From NCBI RefSeq assembly GCF_032444005.1, contig NC_091282.1:655898001-655962000 (forward strand): a stretch of DNA of 64,000 nucleotides, given 5' to 3'. The notes beneath the pieces are model-generated. The model worked only from the letters and a program-made list of their open reading frames with translations. It made no database searches and had not been told where the DNA came from. The position numbers were made by a program, and so were the translations under genes. This DNA comes from Ranitomeya imitator (lineage: Eukaryota). Numbering within the stretch: the stretch's first letter is position 1; every line of letters starts with the position of its first letter. Of this stretch, positions 36,425 through 49,844 are shown one piece after another.

Positions 36425-37447
36425 CGGTATATACTCGAGTATAAGCCGAGATTTTCAGCCCAAATTTTTGGGCTGAAAGTGCCCCTCTTGGCTTATACTC
36501 GAGTCAAGGTGGGTGGCAGGGTCGGCGGGTGAGGGCGCTGAGACATACTTACCTGCGTCCAGCGATCCTGGCGCTCCCCGCCTGTCCCACGGTCTTCGGT
36601 GCTGCAGTTCTTCCCCTGTTCAGCGGTCACGTGGGACCGCTCATTAGAGAAATGAATAAGCGGCTCCACCTCCCATAGGGGTGGAGCCGCCTATTCATTT
36701 CTCTAATCAGCGGTGCCGGTGACCGCTGATAGAGGAAGAAGCTGCGGCACCGAAGACCAGCTGTACGGGGGAAGGAGCCGGATGCCAGGAGCAGGTAAGT
36801 ATCGCATATTCACCTGTCCACGTTCCAGCCACCGGGCGCCGCTCCATCTTCCCGGCGTCGCTCCGCTCTGACTGTTCAGGTCAGAGGGCGCGATGACGCA
36901 TATAGTGTGCGCGCCACCCTCTGCCTGATCAGTCAGAGCGGAGAGACGCCGGGACTGGACGCTGGTGAGCTGCAAGCAAGAAAGGTGAGTATGGCATTTT
37001 TTTTTTTTATTGCAGCAGCAGCAGCGGCACAGATATATGTGGAGCATCTATGGGGAAATATGAACGGTGAAGAGCACTATATGGCAGAGCTATGGGGCAA
37101 TAATGAACGGTGCAGAGCACTATATGGCACAGCTATGGGGAAATATGAACGGTGCAGAGCACTATATGGCACAGCTATGGGGAAATATGAACGGTGCAGA
37201 GCACTACATGGCACAGCTATGGGGAAATAATGAACGGTGCAGAGCACTATATGGCACAGCTATGGGGCAATATGAACGGTGCAGAGCACTATATGGCACA
37301 GCTATGGGGCAAGAATGATCTATTTTTATTTTTGAAATTCACCGGTAAATGCTGCATTTCCACCCTAGGCTTATACTCGAGTCAATAAGTTTTCCCAGTT
37401 TTTTGTGGCAAAATTAGGGGGGTCGGCTTATACTCGAGTATATACAG
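36425..37447. mobile_element. Non-autonomous pogo/Tc2-like DNA transposon containing a short minisatellite (~37060-37310)
   Basis: TIR CGGTATATACTCGAGTATAAGCCGA / TCGGCTTATACTCGAGTATATACAG; TA TSD. Confidence 0.75.
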
Positions 37448-38369
37448 TATTTTAGGTAGTGTTTGCCCTGCGAACATAAAGAAAAATGTTGCAAAAACGC
37501 CACATGTGAACAGCATATGTATACCCCTCCTCACATGTAAAGCGCCATGGAATAAATGGCGCTATAACAATAAATAATAATAATAGCCTTGAAATCATGT
37601 CTGGCTGCCTTAATGGAAGTACAGCCAGAAAGGAAAAAATGAACATATATCCTTTGCGCATTCATGCAGAGCGGCCCATCAGTCTAAGTGCAGGGTAGTT
37701 ATTACAGCGCGCTCAGTGTAGTGATGCGTGACCGCAGCGATGGCGATACAGAAATGCTAATCGGCAGCACGTCCTATGTAGACTGAAGCTACAGTGACAT
37801 GAAACAGTGTGTTAAAAAAAAAAAAAAAAAAAACACATTTGTGAATCTATTTTAGTGCTAGGCTGTAGCCAAGTTGAACCCGAGTTGCATGTTGCGTATG
37901 TCCAGCGACACAATATCCTACTTACCCCGGACGTTGTGCTGCCGAGAATAATGATCTTTATTCCAGCATAAACTATCTAGTTACCCAATGAAAGAGCGTT
38001 TTGCTCTTTTGGAAACCCATGAACGCTCATCCCCAATGCCGTTACACACATTACCTGCCAAGCAAACCCAGCACACGTCGCACCCATACAAGCCGCTCTT
38101 TACTCACCCTCACGGGTCCAGCGCATAGTCTCCACAAGCAGCTCCCAGTGTCTGCTACGGTCCATCACATCAACAGCGCTGCGGCCAATCAGCGGATCTA
38201 CCGATTAGCTGCCGAGCTGGAGACAGTACCAGAAAGTAGGAGCAGCGGTGGAGACTCGGCACTGGACAAAAAAAAAAAGTAAGTTATGGCTCTTGGAGGA
38301 AGGAAAAACAAAAGGAAAGGAATTGTCAGGATCTCTCACACCCACACGATACCCGGCCGGGTGACGTAC

Positions 38370-38474
38370 CCAGTCTGTGGTGAACGGCGCCCCATTCTGC
38401 ATCAGCTGTCGGACCTCGTCATCTTCTCCGCTGCGAGCTGCCTCCAGTAACCGCTTCCCCAGGTCCAGCGCCAT
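38370..38474 (-). CDS. GABPB2: GABPB2 first coding exon (105 bp)
   Basis: [35 protein letters not shown]. The eight exons total 1305 nt = 434 aa + stop. Beta-2 rather than beta-1 is assigned from synteny with MLLT11. Confidence 0.93.
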
Positions 38475-38966
38475 CTGCAACATACACACAATCAAAGGGA
38501 ATTGCCACACATGCGATTGTCTGAGGGAAGACATGACGCAGGAGGGGGTCCGGAGGCCTAATATGAAATGAGGGGCTAATGGGGACTTTAATCAGCCTTA
38601 TATGAGGAAAATGTCACATTTATCACGAGTTTCTGCTACGGAAATCCAGCCACAACAAATATGGTCGCCTCAGAGGACACCGGCACAGCGCCAGGGACCG
38701 CTGACTGGAAATAAGATGAGGACTACCTCACAAATACATAAAATACTTGTTATATCTCTCCCCAAGAGGGCTGAGCGACACCTCAGCAGATTGGGGAAAT
38801 ACGCAGGTGGCTGAGGGATCAATTATCAGGAGCTGTGGAGATAATGTGTGGGGTGGTAATGGAAGCTGCGACTTGTAGTGCCCCTACAGCCTCCCCTCTT
38901 AATCGCACACAGGACGACCACATGGACATCGACGGACTATATCGACCGATTTCCAGGAGCACTCAC

Positions 38967-39260
38967 CGTCGCGGCCGGTCAGTGCTCACAGCCAGCTTGC
39001 CAAACCTATTCCTTCCTCCGTCCGCCCTCTTCGGTGATAATCCGTCACGTTACTGTAAGTATTTCATCTATTTCAAAAGTTTGGGTGCCAACAAAATGGC
39101 GGCGACACCAGCGGAGGAATACAGGGCGGAAGTAAGGAGCACAGCGTCACGCTGCCGCGGATGAATTCGGTTGTGGACTTGGACCTAGTGCACTCCCCTA
39201 TAAGACGGGACTTAAAAAAAATGTGCTGAACTGCGGCTGCGCAGAACAAAAGGCGCGAAG
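38967..39260 (-). promoter_or_regulatory. Probable GABPB2 non-coding first exon and CpG-rich promoter
   Basis: Minus-strand donor G|GTGAGT at 38967/38966; CpG-rich; YY1-like AAAATGGCGGC (39093-39103) and ETS/GABP-like CGGAAGT (39127-39133). TSS not determinable. Confidence 0.6.
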
Positions 39261-40015
39261 AACGTCACCTCTCTCAGCAAATTCAGCACTATACTGCCAG
39301 ATTTGTTGTTTTTGGCAGTCATGTTCTTCACAGTCTTATTTTTATAGCCAAATTGGTCATAATATGAGGCACTTTGTTATGGGGAGATGAACGCCTAAAA
39401 AAATGTAGCAATGGGGCAGTTGTACTGGATGTGGACACTTCTCTGAGAAGAAATGCGCCTCAAAATCATTATAAAACAAATTAGGTCGAAAGTGACAGTA
39501 AAATGATGCGATTATTACAGCGCCATTTTTGCCCCCAAATGCTATAGTGGAGGCAAAATTCTGCTTCAATGCATAGATTTTAGTTACTAAAATGAGCGTC
39601 TCTTAGATGTTACTCCTCAAAGAGCTGTTTATTAGAAATACACCGGTGTGATTTCTGGTTTATCAATTATTTCCTCTGAGTCGATGAAAAATCCTTTAAT
39701 TTGACATGTTTGAGACTCATAAATTGCCAAATAATCCAATTTTACAGATTATGAGACACCGTTACATTACTGTTCACATCAGTTTCCTTTCCCCAAACCA
39801 CATTGCAGTGCCGAATCTGTCACAACTTCGCTCATCGGACACCATTTATTTATATCGGGTCCTTATCAGCATGCACCATTTTGACTGGAAAAATGCCTCA
39901 TATTTCATACTACGCTCTTCTTCCTGTCAAATGTGAGAGAATCTGCAGTCAGATCTGAATAAAGCAAGAAATCACGACAGTGCCACCATCTTAGTGCCAC
40001 GATTTGGCAGACTTA

Positions 40016-40420
40016 GGCTATGTGCACACGTTGTGGATTAGGCTTAGGAATTTCTGGTGCGGATTCTGTCTCTCCTGGCAGAAAACGCACCTGCGGATTT
40101 GTTGCGTTTTTTTGTGAGGTTCCGCAGCGTTTTTTGTGCGCTTTTGTTGCGGTTTTTTTGCGGATTTGCTGCATTTTTTACTCCTGCGGTTTTCTATAAT
40201 GGAATGGGTACAAAAACACTGCAGATTCGCAAAAAAGAAGTGACATGCTACTTCTTTTAAATCGCAGCGTTTCCGCAGCGGATTTTCCGCAAGGTGTGCA
40301 CAGCATTTTTTTTTCTCATTGATTTACATTGTGCTGTAAATCAATTGCGGATCTGCAGCGTTTCTGCACCTCAAAAAACACTGCGGATCCGCAGAGAATC
40401 CGCAACGTGTGCACACACCC
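40016..40420. mobile_element. PIF/Harbinger-type MITE (GGCTATGTGCACAC family)
   Basis: Inverted ends and TTA TSD (40013-40015, 40421-40423). Confidence 0.78.
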
Positions 40421-41458
40421 TTATTAATCCCTTAACAAAGGCCAACAGTGATTAAGGGGAATAAGAGACCAGCGATCAAAGTGAAAAATATTCATGTCCC
40501 ACAGTGGGACCAAGCAAAAATAGGTTAAATAAAATGTGTAAAAAAAAAAAAAAACAGACAAAAACAAGGGCAAAATTCCGAAAAGTTGTCTCACCACTAA
40601 AACCACAGCTTTTCTGTAAAAAAAAAAAAAGGCCCACATAATTGGTATCCAGAATAACCTGATCTATAAAAGTGTCACGTTATTAATTCTGTGCAGTAAA
40701 AAAATACCAAATATTGCTTTTTTGTCATACTGACACAAAAAAAGTTACCGTAATTAAAAGCAATAAAAAATACATATGTAAAAAAAATATGGTATCATTG
40801 AAAATGAGAAATCGGCCCTCAAAAACAATCCTGCATATGGCTCTTTTGTGGAAAAACATGAAAATGTTCTAGCACTCTGAATATGGCGATGCAAAAACAG
40901 ATTCATTTTTGTAAAATATTCTTTTTAGTGTGTAATAGTAGCAAAGCATAAAAAAAACTACCGTATATAAATCTGGTATCGCTATAATTGTACTGACCTG
41001 AAGAATACATGGGTCTTCTTGTTTTTTTCCGCACTGTACTAGACGGAAAAAATATATATATACTGCTCAAAACAATAAAGGGAACATTTAAACAACAGAA
41101 TATAACTCCAAGTAAATTAAACTTCTGTGAAATCAAACTGTCCACTTAGGAAGTAACACTGTTTGACAATCAATTTCACATGCTGTTATGCAAATGGAAT
41201 AGACAATAGATGGAAATTATTGGCAATTAGCAAGACATAATAAAGGAGTGGTTCTGCAGGTGGGGAACACAGACCACATCTCAGTACCAATGCTTTCTGG
41301 CTGATGTTTTGGTCACTTTTGAATGTTGGTTGTGCTTTCACACTCGTGGTAGCATGAGACGGACTCTACAGCCCACACAAGCAGCTCAGGTAGTGCAGCT
41401 CATCCAGGATGGCACATCAATGCGAGCTGTGGCAAGAAGGTTTGCTGTGTCTGTCAGC

Positions 41459-42258
41459 ATAATATTATTCAAAGTGGACACAGGAGTAAAGCCAGGTATT
41501 ACATATAAAGGAATAACCAATGTATGAATAGTCCACCCATAAACAAATATCAATAGCAAACCCGGCCACCACCTGTGTCAAAGTAGTATAGTGAGACCAC
41601 TAAAAGAACAGAGAAAACATGCACCGAACATGAATCAAGCCAGAATAGAAGAAAGATGACGGAATATTTCAATATATCACCTTTATTATTGTATAGTAAC
41701 AGACAGTAACCAATAAAATATTAGGATAAAATAGCTATGTATATGTATAATTTTTTTTTATGTGCACATATCAAGGAGATACCCCAGTATACCTACAATT
41801 TTATTTACTGGGGTATCCAGTTTATATATACAAAATATTTTTGACCTGCCTAGTGCAAATTGGAAACTGCACTATATATATATCTCCTTGATATGTGCAC
41901 ATAAAAAACATATGGTATAATTATACATATACATAGCTATTTTATCCTAATATTTTATTGGTTACTGTCTGTTACTATACAATACTAAGGGCTTGTTTTC
42001 ACTTGCGAGGAACACGTCCGTGTCTCGCATGTGGAAACGAAGCTCTGGCACCGGCACTGGAGCAGAGCGTGCGGCCGCATAGCAACACATGCAGCCGTAC
42101 GCTCCGCTCCGGAGTGCCGGCACCAGAGCTTCTTTTCCACATGCGAGACACGGACGTGTTTCTCGCAAATGGAAACAAGCCCTAAAAGTGATATATTAAA
42201 ATATTCCCTGTCATCTTTCTTCTATTCTGGCTTGATTCATGTTCGGTGCATGTTTTCT
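41459..42258 (-). mobile_element. Unclassified AT-rich retro-insertion with a 14-bp TSD and an inverted terminal segment
   Basis: TSD CTGTGTCTGTCAGC (41445-41458, 42259-42272). About 41610-41781 is repeated inverted at 41881-42260, itself split by a MITE. Confidence 0.7.
41989..42182. mobile_element. PIF/Harbinger-type MITE
   Basis: GGGCTTGTTTTCACTTGCGAG / CTCGCAAATGGAAACAAGCCC; TAA TSD. Confidence 0.82.
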
Positions 42259-45200
42259 CTGTGTCTGTCAGCGTAGTGTCCAGAGGCTGGAGGCGCTACC
42301 AGGAGACAGGCCAGTACACCAGGAGACGTGGAGGTGGCCACAGGAGGGCAACAACCCAGCATCAGGACCGCTACCTCAGTCTTTGTGCAAGGAGGAGCAC
42401 TGCCAGAGCCCTGCAAAATGACCTCCAGCAGGCCATAAATGTGCATGTGTCTGCACAAATGGTTAGAAACCAACTTCATGAGGATGGTCTGAGTGCCCGA
42501 CGTCCACAGATGGGGGTTATGCCCACAGCCCAACACCGTGCAGGACACTTGGCATTTGCCACAGAAGACCAGAATTGGCAAATTCACCACTGGCGCCCTG
42601 TGCTCTTCACAGATGAAAGCAGGTTCACACTGAGCGCATGTGACAGACATGACAGAGGCTGGAGATGCCGTGAAGAGCGATCTGCTGCCTGCAACATCCT
42701 TCAGCATGACCGATTTGGTAGTGGGTCAGTAATGGTGTGGGGGGCATTTCTGTGGTGGGCCGCACAACCCTCCATGTGCTCACCAGAGCTAGCCTGACTG
42801 CCATTAGGTACCGAAATGAGATCCTCAAACCCCTTGTGAGACCATATGCTGGTATGGTTGGCCCTGGGTTCCTCCTAATGCAGGACAATGCCAGACCTCA
42901 TGTGGCTGGAGTGTGTCAGCAGTTCCTGCAAGATGAAGGCATTGAAGCTATGGACTGGCCCGTCCGTTCCTCAGACCTGAATCCGATTGAACACATCTGG
43001 GACATCATGTCTCGCACCATCCACCAACGTCACGTTGCACCACAGACTGTCCAGGAGTTGGCGGATGCTTTGGTCCAGGTCTGGGAGAAAATTCCTCAGG
43101 AGACCATCCACTGCCTCATCAGGAGCATGCCCAGGTGTTGTGGGGAGGTCATACAGGCACGTGGAGGCCACACGCACTACTGAGCATCATTTCCTTGTCT
43201 TGAGGCATTTCCACTGAAGTTGGATCAGCCTGTAACTTCATTTTCCACTTTGATTTTGAGCATCATTCCAACTCAAGACGTCCGTGGGATATTAGTTGTG
43301 ATTTACATTGATAATTTTTAGGTTTTATTGTTTTCAACATATTCCACTATGTGGAATATTTCATTCAGTGATATCTAGAATGTGGGATTTTAGTGTTCCC
43401 TCTATTTTTTTTTGAGCAGTGTATATAAAAACAAAAACTGAATTGCTGGTTTTTGCTCATTCTGCATCTGCAAAATCTGCATAAAAGTGATCAAAAAATG
43501 TTATGTACCTCATAATGATACCTATAAAAACTTTAACTTGTCCAGCAAAAAAAAGCCCTCATCGGGCTGTGGTGGCCAAAAAATAAAAAAGTTACAGCTC
43601 TCAGAATACAGCAAATAAAAAACTTTTTCTTTTTTTTTTCTTTCTTTCACAAAAAGCCTTTGCAATTCTCCAGAAAAAAAGGCATAAAGTGGATGCTACA
43701 GAATGAGGCCAAAATAGTCGCTGCAGCTGTAAATTAATTAATTGAGATGTAATTTCTAAAATGGGGTCACTTTGCGATGTTTTCCTGCTGTTCTGGCATC
43801 CTCAGAGCTCCACAAATGTCATCTGCAAAACTATTCCAGGAAAATCTGCTCCGAAAGCCAAATAGTGTTTCTTCCTGCTCAGCCCTGACGTGTGGCCTAA
43901 CAGTAGTTTCAAAACAGCAGAAAAAAGGTAGCGATGTTTACCTGCCCAGGCCTCCAAACAAATGCACTATAAGGATGCAGTGAACCCATGTAGTTAAGAT
44001 GGCGGCAACACAGGTGCAAAAATACAAATGAGACAACCACTCCCGGCCTACCAATCCATGGAGGGGGTGGCTGCTTGGTATACTAATGCACAATAGAGGC
44101 TTGTATGCAGCGCTGTTCACATACGGGTGATGCACAGCATCCAGGTTAACAGCCTTTTAGTGACACCCATACTACTTGATCAGGCGAGCTGCCCAGTGCT
44201 ATCCAAATGCATCCCATGTGAACAGATACCACCGTTTACAAGACCAAATGGGCCCAGCTGCACCCTGAAAAATAAAGTGCAGAAAATAGATATAAAAATA
44301 ATATGTGAGGTATTAGTTGCTATTTTGGCCAAGATATGCAAGCTCGCTACCCGCTTCAAAGGTCCTCACACTTGCGAGTCCTAACACTAAACAGCAAAAC
44401 CAAAAATAGAGGACTTAAAAATCCTCCAAAAACTCAAAAACAGCAGAAAAAAACAGCAGAAAAAAAGCAGTCGTTTCCATCGACATATGCGGCATCATCG
44501 CTGTCAGAAGAAATTACACTACAAATTGTGCGGTCCAGTTTCATTTATTAACTTTTGTTTAGCTGAAAAATCTGCAGCAAATAAAAAAAAAAACATTTTT
44601 ACCACTAAATTTCCACTGCCCAATATTATAAAAATCAGTGAGGCACCTGTGGGTTCAAAATACTCACTACACCCCTAGATGAATCCATAAGCAGTGTAGT
44701 TTCTGAGATGGGGTCACTTGTGGGAATTTCTGCTTTTTTCAGCACTTCAGGGGCTCAGCAAATGCAATATGGTGTCAAAAATTTTGTTCAAAAATTTAAT
44801 TCAAACCCTACGATGTGCCCAAACATTACTTTTTCACCACATAAGGGATGTCACTGGATTTTAGAGAAATTGCATAACAAATTATAGGGTATTTTTTCTT
44901 CTATTATCCCTTATATACATTATAAATTTGATGCTAACAGAGGATTTTTCTGGAAAAATGTAATATTTAGTTTCCGCATTTAAATGTTATAAAGTTCTGT
45001 GAACCACCCATGGGTTAAAAAAGCTGAACTCACTCCTAGATGAATTCCTTCATGGTTCTAGTTTACAAAATAGGGTCATTCATTGGGGGCTTCAGTTCCT
45101 TTTGGTATTTCAGGAGCTCTGCAAATGCGTCATGTCGTCTGCAATCTATTACAGCCAAATCTACACAACAAATATCGCTTCTTCCCTTTCCGATCCCGAC

Positions 45201-45393
45201 CGTTTGCCCAAACAGCAGTTTTTTTTCATCACATATGGTATATTTTCATGTTCGAAAATAAATTGCATAATACATTATAGGGTCTATTTTTTCCTGTTAC
45301 TTCTTGTGAAAAAGAAAATAATTGCAGTTAAAGCAATATTTTAGTAGAAAAAAGGTAATTTTTCCTTGTTCTTTTCATCCCGCTTTGCCTTAA

Positions 45394-45937
45394 AGGGAAC
45401 CTGTCACCTCGTTTTGCCGCTATAAGATGCGGCCACTGCCTTTCAGGGCTTATGAACAGCATTCTGTAATGCTGTAGATAAGCCCCCGGTCTGACCTGAA
45501 AGATAAGAAAAATAAGTTTTATTATACTCACCTGGGGGCGGTCTGGTCCGATGGGTGTCTCAGATGTGGGGTCCGGCGCCTCCCATCTTCATACGATGTC
45601 GTCATCCTGCTTGCTTCGTGCCGCGGTCCTGCGCAGGCATACTGATCTGCCTTGTTGCAGGCAGAGTAAAGTACTGCAGTGCGCAGGCCTCTCTGACCTT
45701 TCCCGGTGGCACGAAGCAAGCAGGATGACGACATCGCATGAAGATGGGAGGCGTTGGACCCCTGACCTGGGACACCCATTGGACTTCACCGCCCCCCGGG
45801 TGAGTATAATAAAACTTTTTTTTCTTCTCTTTCAGGCCGGACCGGGGGCTTATCTACAGCATTACAGAATGCTGTAGGTAAACCCTGAAAGGCAGTGGCC
45901 GCATCTCATAGCGGCAAACCGAGGTGACAGGTTCCCT
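45394..45937. mobile_element. Kolobok/T2-type foldback MITE
   Basis: TTAA TSD; AGGGAACCTGTCACCTCG / CGAGGTGACAGGTTCCCT; near-perfect long palindrome. Confidence 0.85.
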
Positions 45938-48180
45938 TTAATTTTTATGAAGCACCTGAAGGGTTTACAAATTTCCTAACAGCACTTTAGAATAATTTGA
46001 GGTGTGTAGGTTTTATAACGGTATCACTCCTAGGATTTTCTGTTCACTGCATGGTAAAAATTACCCAAAAACATAATTCTCCGGGTCAGTGTGGCTACGG
46101 TGACACCAAACTTTATTATAATATAGTGGTTTACTTAACAATGAAGTCACTGGAAAATGTGTTCAAATCAAGGAACATTTCACTAGTGCCTTAGACACGT
46201 CTCGTACATACTTTGGTCTCTTCTGTGGTAACATACGGATGTGAAACCTTGACAATATAAAATTGAGGCAAAAGAAGAACCTATGCCTTCAAAATGTGGT
46301 GCTGGAGAAGGATGTTATCAATACCATGGATGGCAAAAAAACAAACATCAATTATGGAACAAATCAAGCTAAATACCGTATCTTGCGGATTATAAGACGC
46401 ACCCGAAATTTTGAGGAGAAAAATAGGAAAAAAATTTTTTTTTAATAAAATGGTGGTGATTCTTATACACCATGTGTCTTATTGCTTTCTGGGGTGGTGG
46501 CTGCTGTGAAGCGGGGTCCCAGGGTCGCTGCTGGAGGAGGCAAGAGTGGAGAGTTGCTGCAGGCCGCAGGCTAGGATGAGGGGGTGTTCACATGTGCACT
46601 GCTGCCGGTGTTAGGTGGTGTGGGGGCTCTGCCGACATTTTGTGAAAGCCCAGAGCCCCCACACTTACATGGTTTACTATGCGGTGGACTCCGGTAAAAT
46701 GGCTGCCGGGGCTGCGCATGCGCAGATGGAAATCTTGGCACCAAGATCTTGGGGGATTTGTAAAAATAAAAGGATTCTGAACTTTGTAAAGAAAAAAATA
46801 GTTTGAGATATCCGTTTCCCTCACTTTTCATTTTTCCACCGATGGAGCTGCGTGACAGATTGTTTTTTTGTTAGTAAGCTGTAATTTTTATTACTACTAT
46901 TTTGTGGTGCTTACAACATTTTGATCACTTTTTGTCCATTTTTTTTGGTTCCAATGACTGAAACGGCAAGTTTAATGTTTTCTTTACGTCATTTATCTTA
47001 TGGTTTAAACCATTTTATATTTTCATAAATCAGACTTTTACAGCAAAATGCCTTAGAAAAGCTGCACTGCTGATACCTGACCTCCATTACCAATCAACGA
47101 TGATCTGTACAGTTACGTCTGACAGTCGATGTTCCCGGACTAGCTGGATGTGGCGGGGAGATTAAGGAAGCTACTTTACCTATTGCAATTCATGATCATT
47201 TGGCATCTCTGGGATGAGATCCGTGTGCGGCTTTGTTTCTGTTTGAACTTGTATTGTACGTAGGATTCTCTGGTTTCAAGAAAAGATTTAGTTTTTGTTT
47301 ATATTTCTTAGGTCACGGGAAGGCATGAAATATTTTATCTGCTGGCACATGAATGGATGACATAGCCAAGATCAGTAGCAATTTAGAAAGTATTTGGTCT
47401 AAATGTCTTTTAAAAAATCACCGATAAATCCTTGAGTCATCTTCTCATTGTGTTGAAACATCTGTTTAGTTGTTTTGTCACACGACAAGTCCCAGGTAAG
47501 TTGTACAAATGTCATTATGTGGATCTAGCTGCCTCCAAAAATAGTTGTGCAATTTTGCAGAAATGAACACACCCAAACTGCAGATATGCTGTTCGTGGCA
47601 TTGGCGATTTGATTACTGCGGCCCAAAATCTAAGATTTCTTTAATTGTTGCAGTGTTTGCATAAGGGTTGCATTAAATCGTAGATCGTATCGAGATTCTT
47701 TGGACAATGAGTAGATGCACATGACAACATCTTCATCCTTGTACTATAAAATATCCAAGGTTTATTTACTTGAATTATGTGTACCTAAGTAAATACCGTC
47801 ATTTGCCTGATTATTGAGATCTTTCAGATGTATTATTTTACAAGTACACTTAAATGTAGAATTTTTAGGGTTGGATATAGCAATTCCGGTAAATGCATAT
47901 AGTGTAGAAGTAAAGCTACATAGGCACCAGTCCTATTAAATCTACATAACTCGTCCTCTCATATAAAATAATTAGCCAAATGCAGCAAAAATTGTTGTAG
48001 CTTTACAATAGAAGTCACTGAAATAGTGTATGGAGAACAATGAAAAGCGGCACTCACCACTAGCTGCAATTTTAACAGTCCTTTAATCAAGCATACATGT
48101 CGGTGGAGCGGTTCACAGGGGATGTCAAGATCTCCTTAGCCCCTGCCTACTGCTCCTTCAGACATGAATGCTGGATTAAA

Positions 48181-48374
48181 TAAAATAAATCTTTATTTTT
48201 ATATAGCGCTAACATATTCCGCAGCGCTTTACAGTTTGCACACATTATTATCGCTGTCCCCGATGGGGCTCACAGTCTAGATTCCCTATCAGTATGTCTT
48301 TGGAATGTGGGAGGAAACCGGAGTACCCGGAGGAAACCCACGCAAACACGGAGAGAACATACAAACTCTTTGCA
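48181..48374 (-). mobile_element. 5'-truncated V-SINE-like element with an L2-type 3' tail
   Basis: Minus strand GTTTGTATGTTCTCTCCGTG..GCGTGGGTTTCCTCCGGGTACTCCGGTTTCCTCCCAC resembles the V-domain; tail TGTAAAGCGC..GCGCTATATAAAAATAAA; 7-bp TSD GATTAAA (48174-48180, 48375-48381). Confidence 0.75.
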
Positions 48375-49844
48375 GATTAAAGGACTATTAAAATTGCAGC
48401 CAATGCAGAGTGCCACTTTTCTTTGTTCTTCTCCATACCCTATTATAGTGGAAAATGTATTTTATGCTGCAGTTACTTCTTTCTCCAGCAGATGGACAGT
48501 GAGCACCCTGACGTTCAGTAAGGATTCATGTGGAAGATTCCAGAATATATGAGGTACATGCATGTTAGACAACTGTGAAAGTATTATTAATTGAAAGAGT
48601 TTTTTTATGGGTAGATAGTATGTTTGTTTATGGTGGCGTCTTTCACTTGACGTGGCGACCTCGAAGCGCACACAGACTACAAAAACATCAATAATTATAC
48701 AAAAGTGCAAGTCACAACTGAAATATTTTATTTGGCTCAGTGCAAATTTTGACATTTTGTCACATTTTAACTCACTTAAGAGCCCCATGGTCTTTTGCTC
48801 TGTGAAATGTCTTGTGGAACCTGGCTACAACATAAAGTGAATACTGTCTTATAACATTCATAGTCCTTCTGAAGCATGATGGAAAAAGCTTAAAGTCTGT
48901 TACTGTGACCCCATGATAACACTTCTTGCCTTATCTGTTATAAATAAATACTATGACAATCCAAATCACCATCCAAGTCTCTGTAAAGATCTAATCATTA
49001 CTTAAGATTGGGACAGAAGGATTGGTAGAAAGCCACTTCCATCCCTTGCATTTTATATGTGGAAGATGGTGGCTGAATTTAAGGATGGAGCATGGTTTTT
49101 GGGATTTTTTTTATTTTTCAATGTTGCTAGACAATATCGATCCTCTACAATTTATTGAAAGGCCAACGTTACATTATAATTTAACTAAAAGGACGATTGT
49201 CAATTACACAGTTGAGAAGGAAAAATCATTCTGAATGGTTGTTGTTTTCTGCCTATTATGTACACATTATTCAGTGGTTCATTTTAGATTAAATTATCAA
49301 TTTTTTTTTTAACATTCTTTCAAATATTATGACTGGAGCTCAGCCCTAACAGATTGGGACTGAACAGCCAATCAAATATTTTTAAGCCTCTGCAGAAATA
49401 ACATCCACACATCCATTAGTGGTAATCACATTCTACAAACCAGCAAAAGTTCTTGGATTTTTTTTGTGAACAACGAGGCAATACAAAACCATTTCACGTA
49501 ACTTCTCAGAGTCGGCATCTACATTAGGGAGAGCAGATAATTTGCCTTTGGTGGGATGGACTCAGATTATCTGAGAAGATCATCCCCTTTGCTAAGGAAT
49601 TGGCTTTAGTTTGGTTTCTGTAATTCAGCATCACATCTGTGAGCTCAATCAATCTTTTCAAAACCGTAAGTGCCTGATATGTAACAAAAATAAATAAATA
49701 CCAGCAAATAAAAAAAAACACATTCAATGAGAAACCACCAGGGTTGTGATATAAATAAATAATTATTCAAGCTCTACGATTGATTGGTGGTTGAAAAGCA
49801 GGTAGACTACAGCAAGGCCTTCGGGGTTTTAAGATATTTTTTCT

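Larger units (their letters stand above)
41061..43421 (+). mobile_element. Tc1-family transposon (second family), degenerate, split by an 800-bp insertion
   Basis: TIR (T/C)ACTGCTCAAAA..AAAGGGAACA; TA TSD. Transposase fragments [33 protein letters not shown]. Confidence 0.92.
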
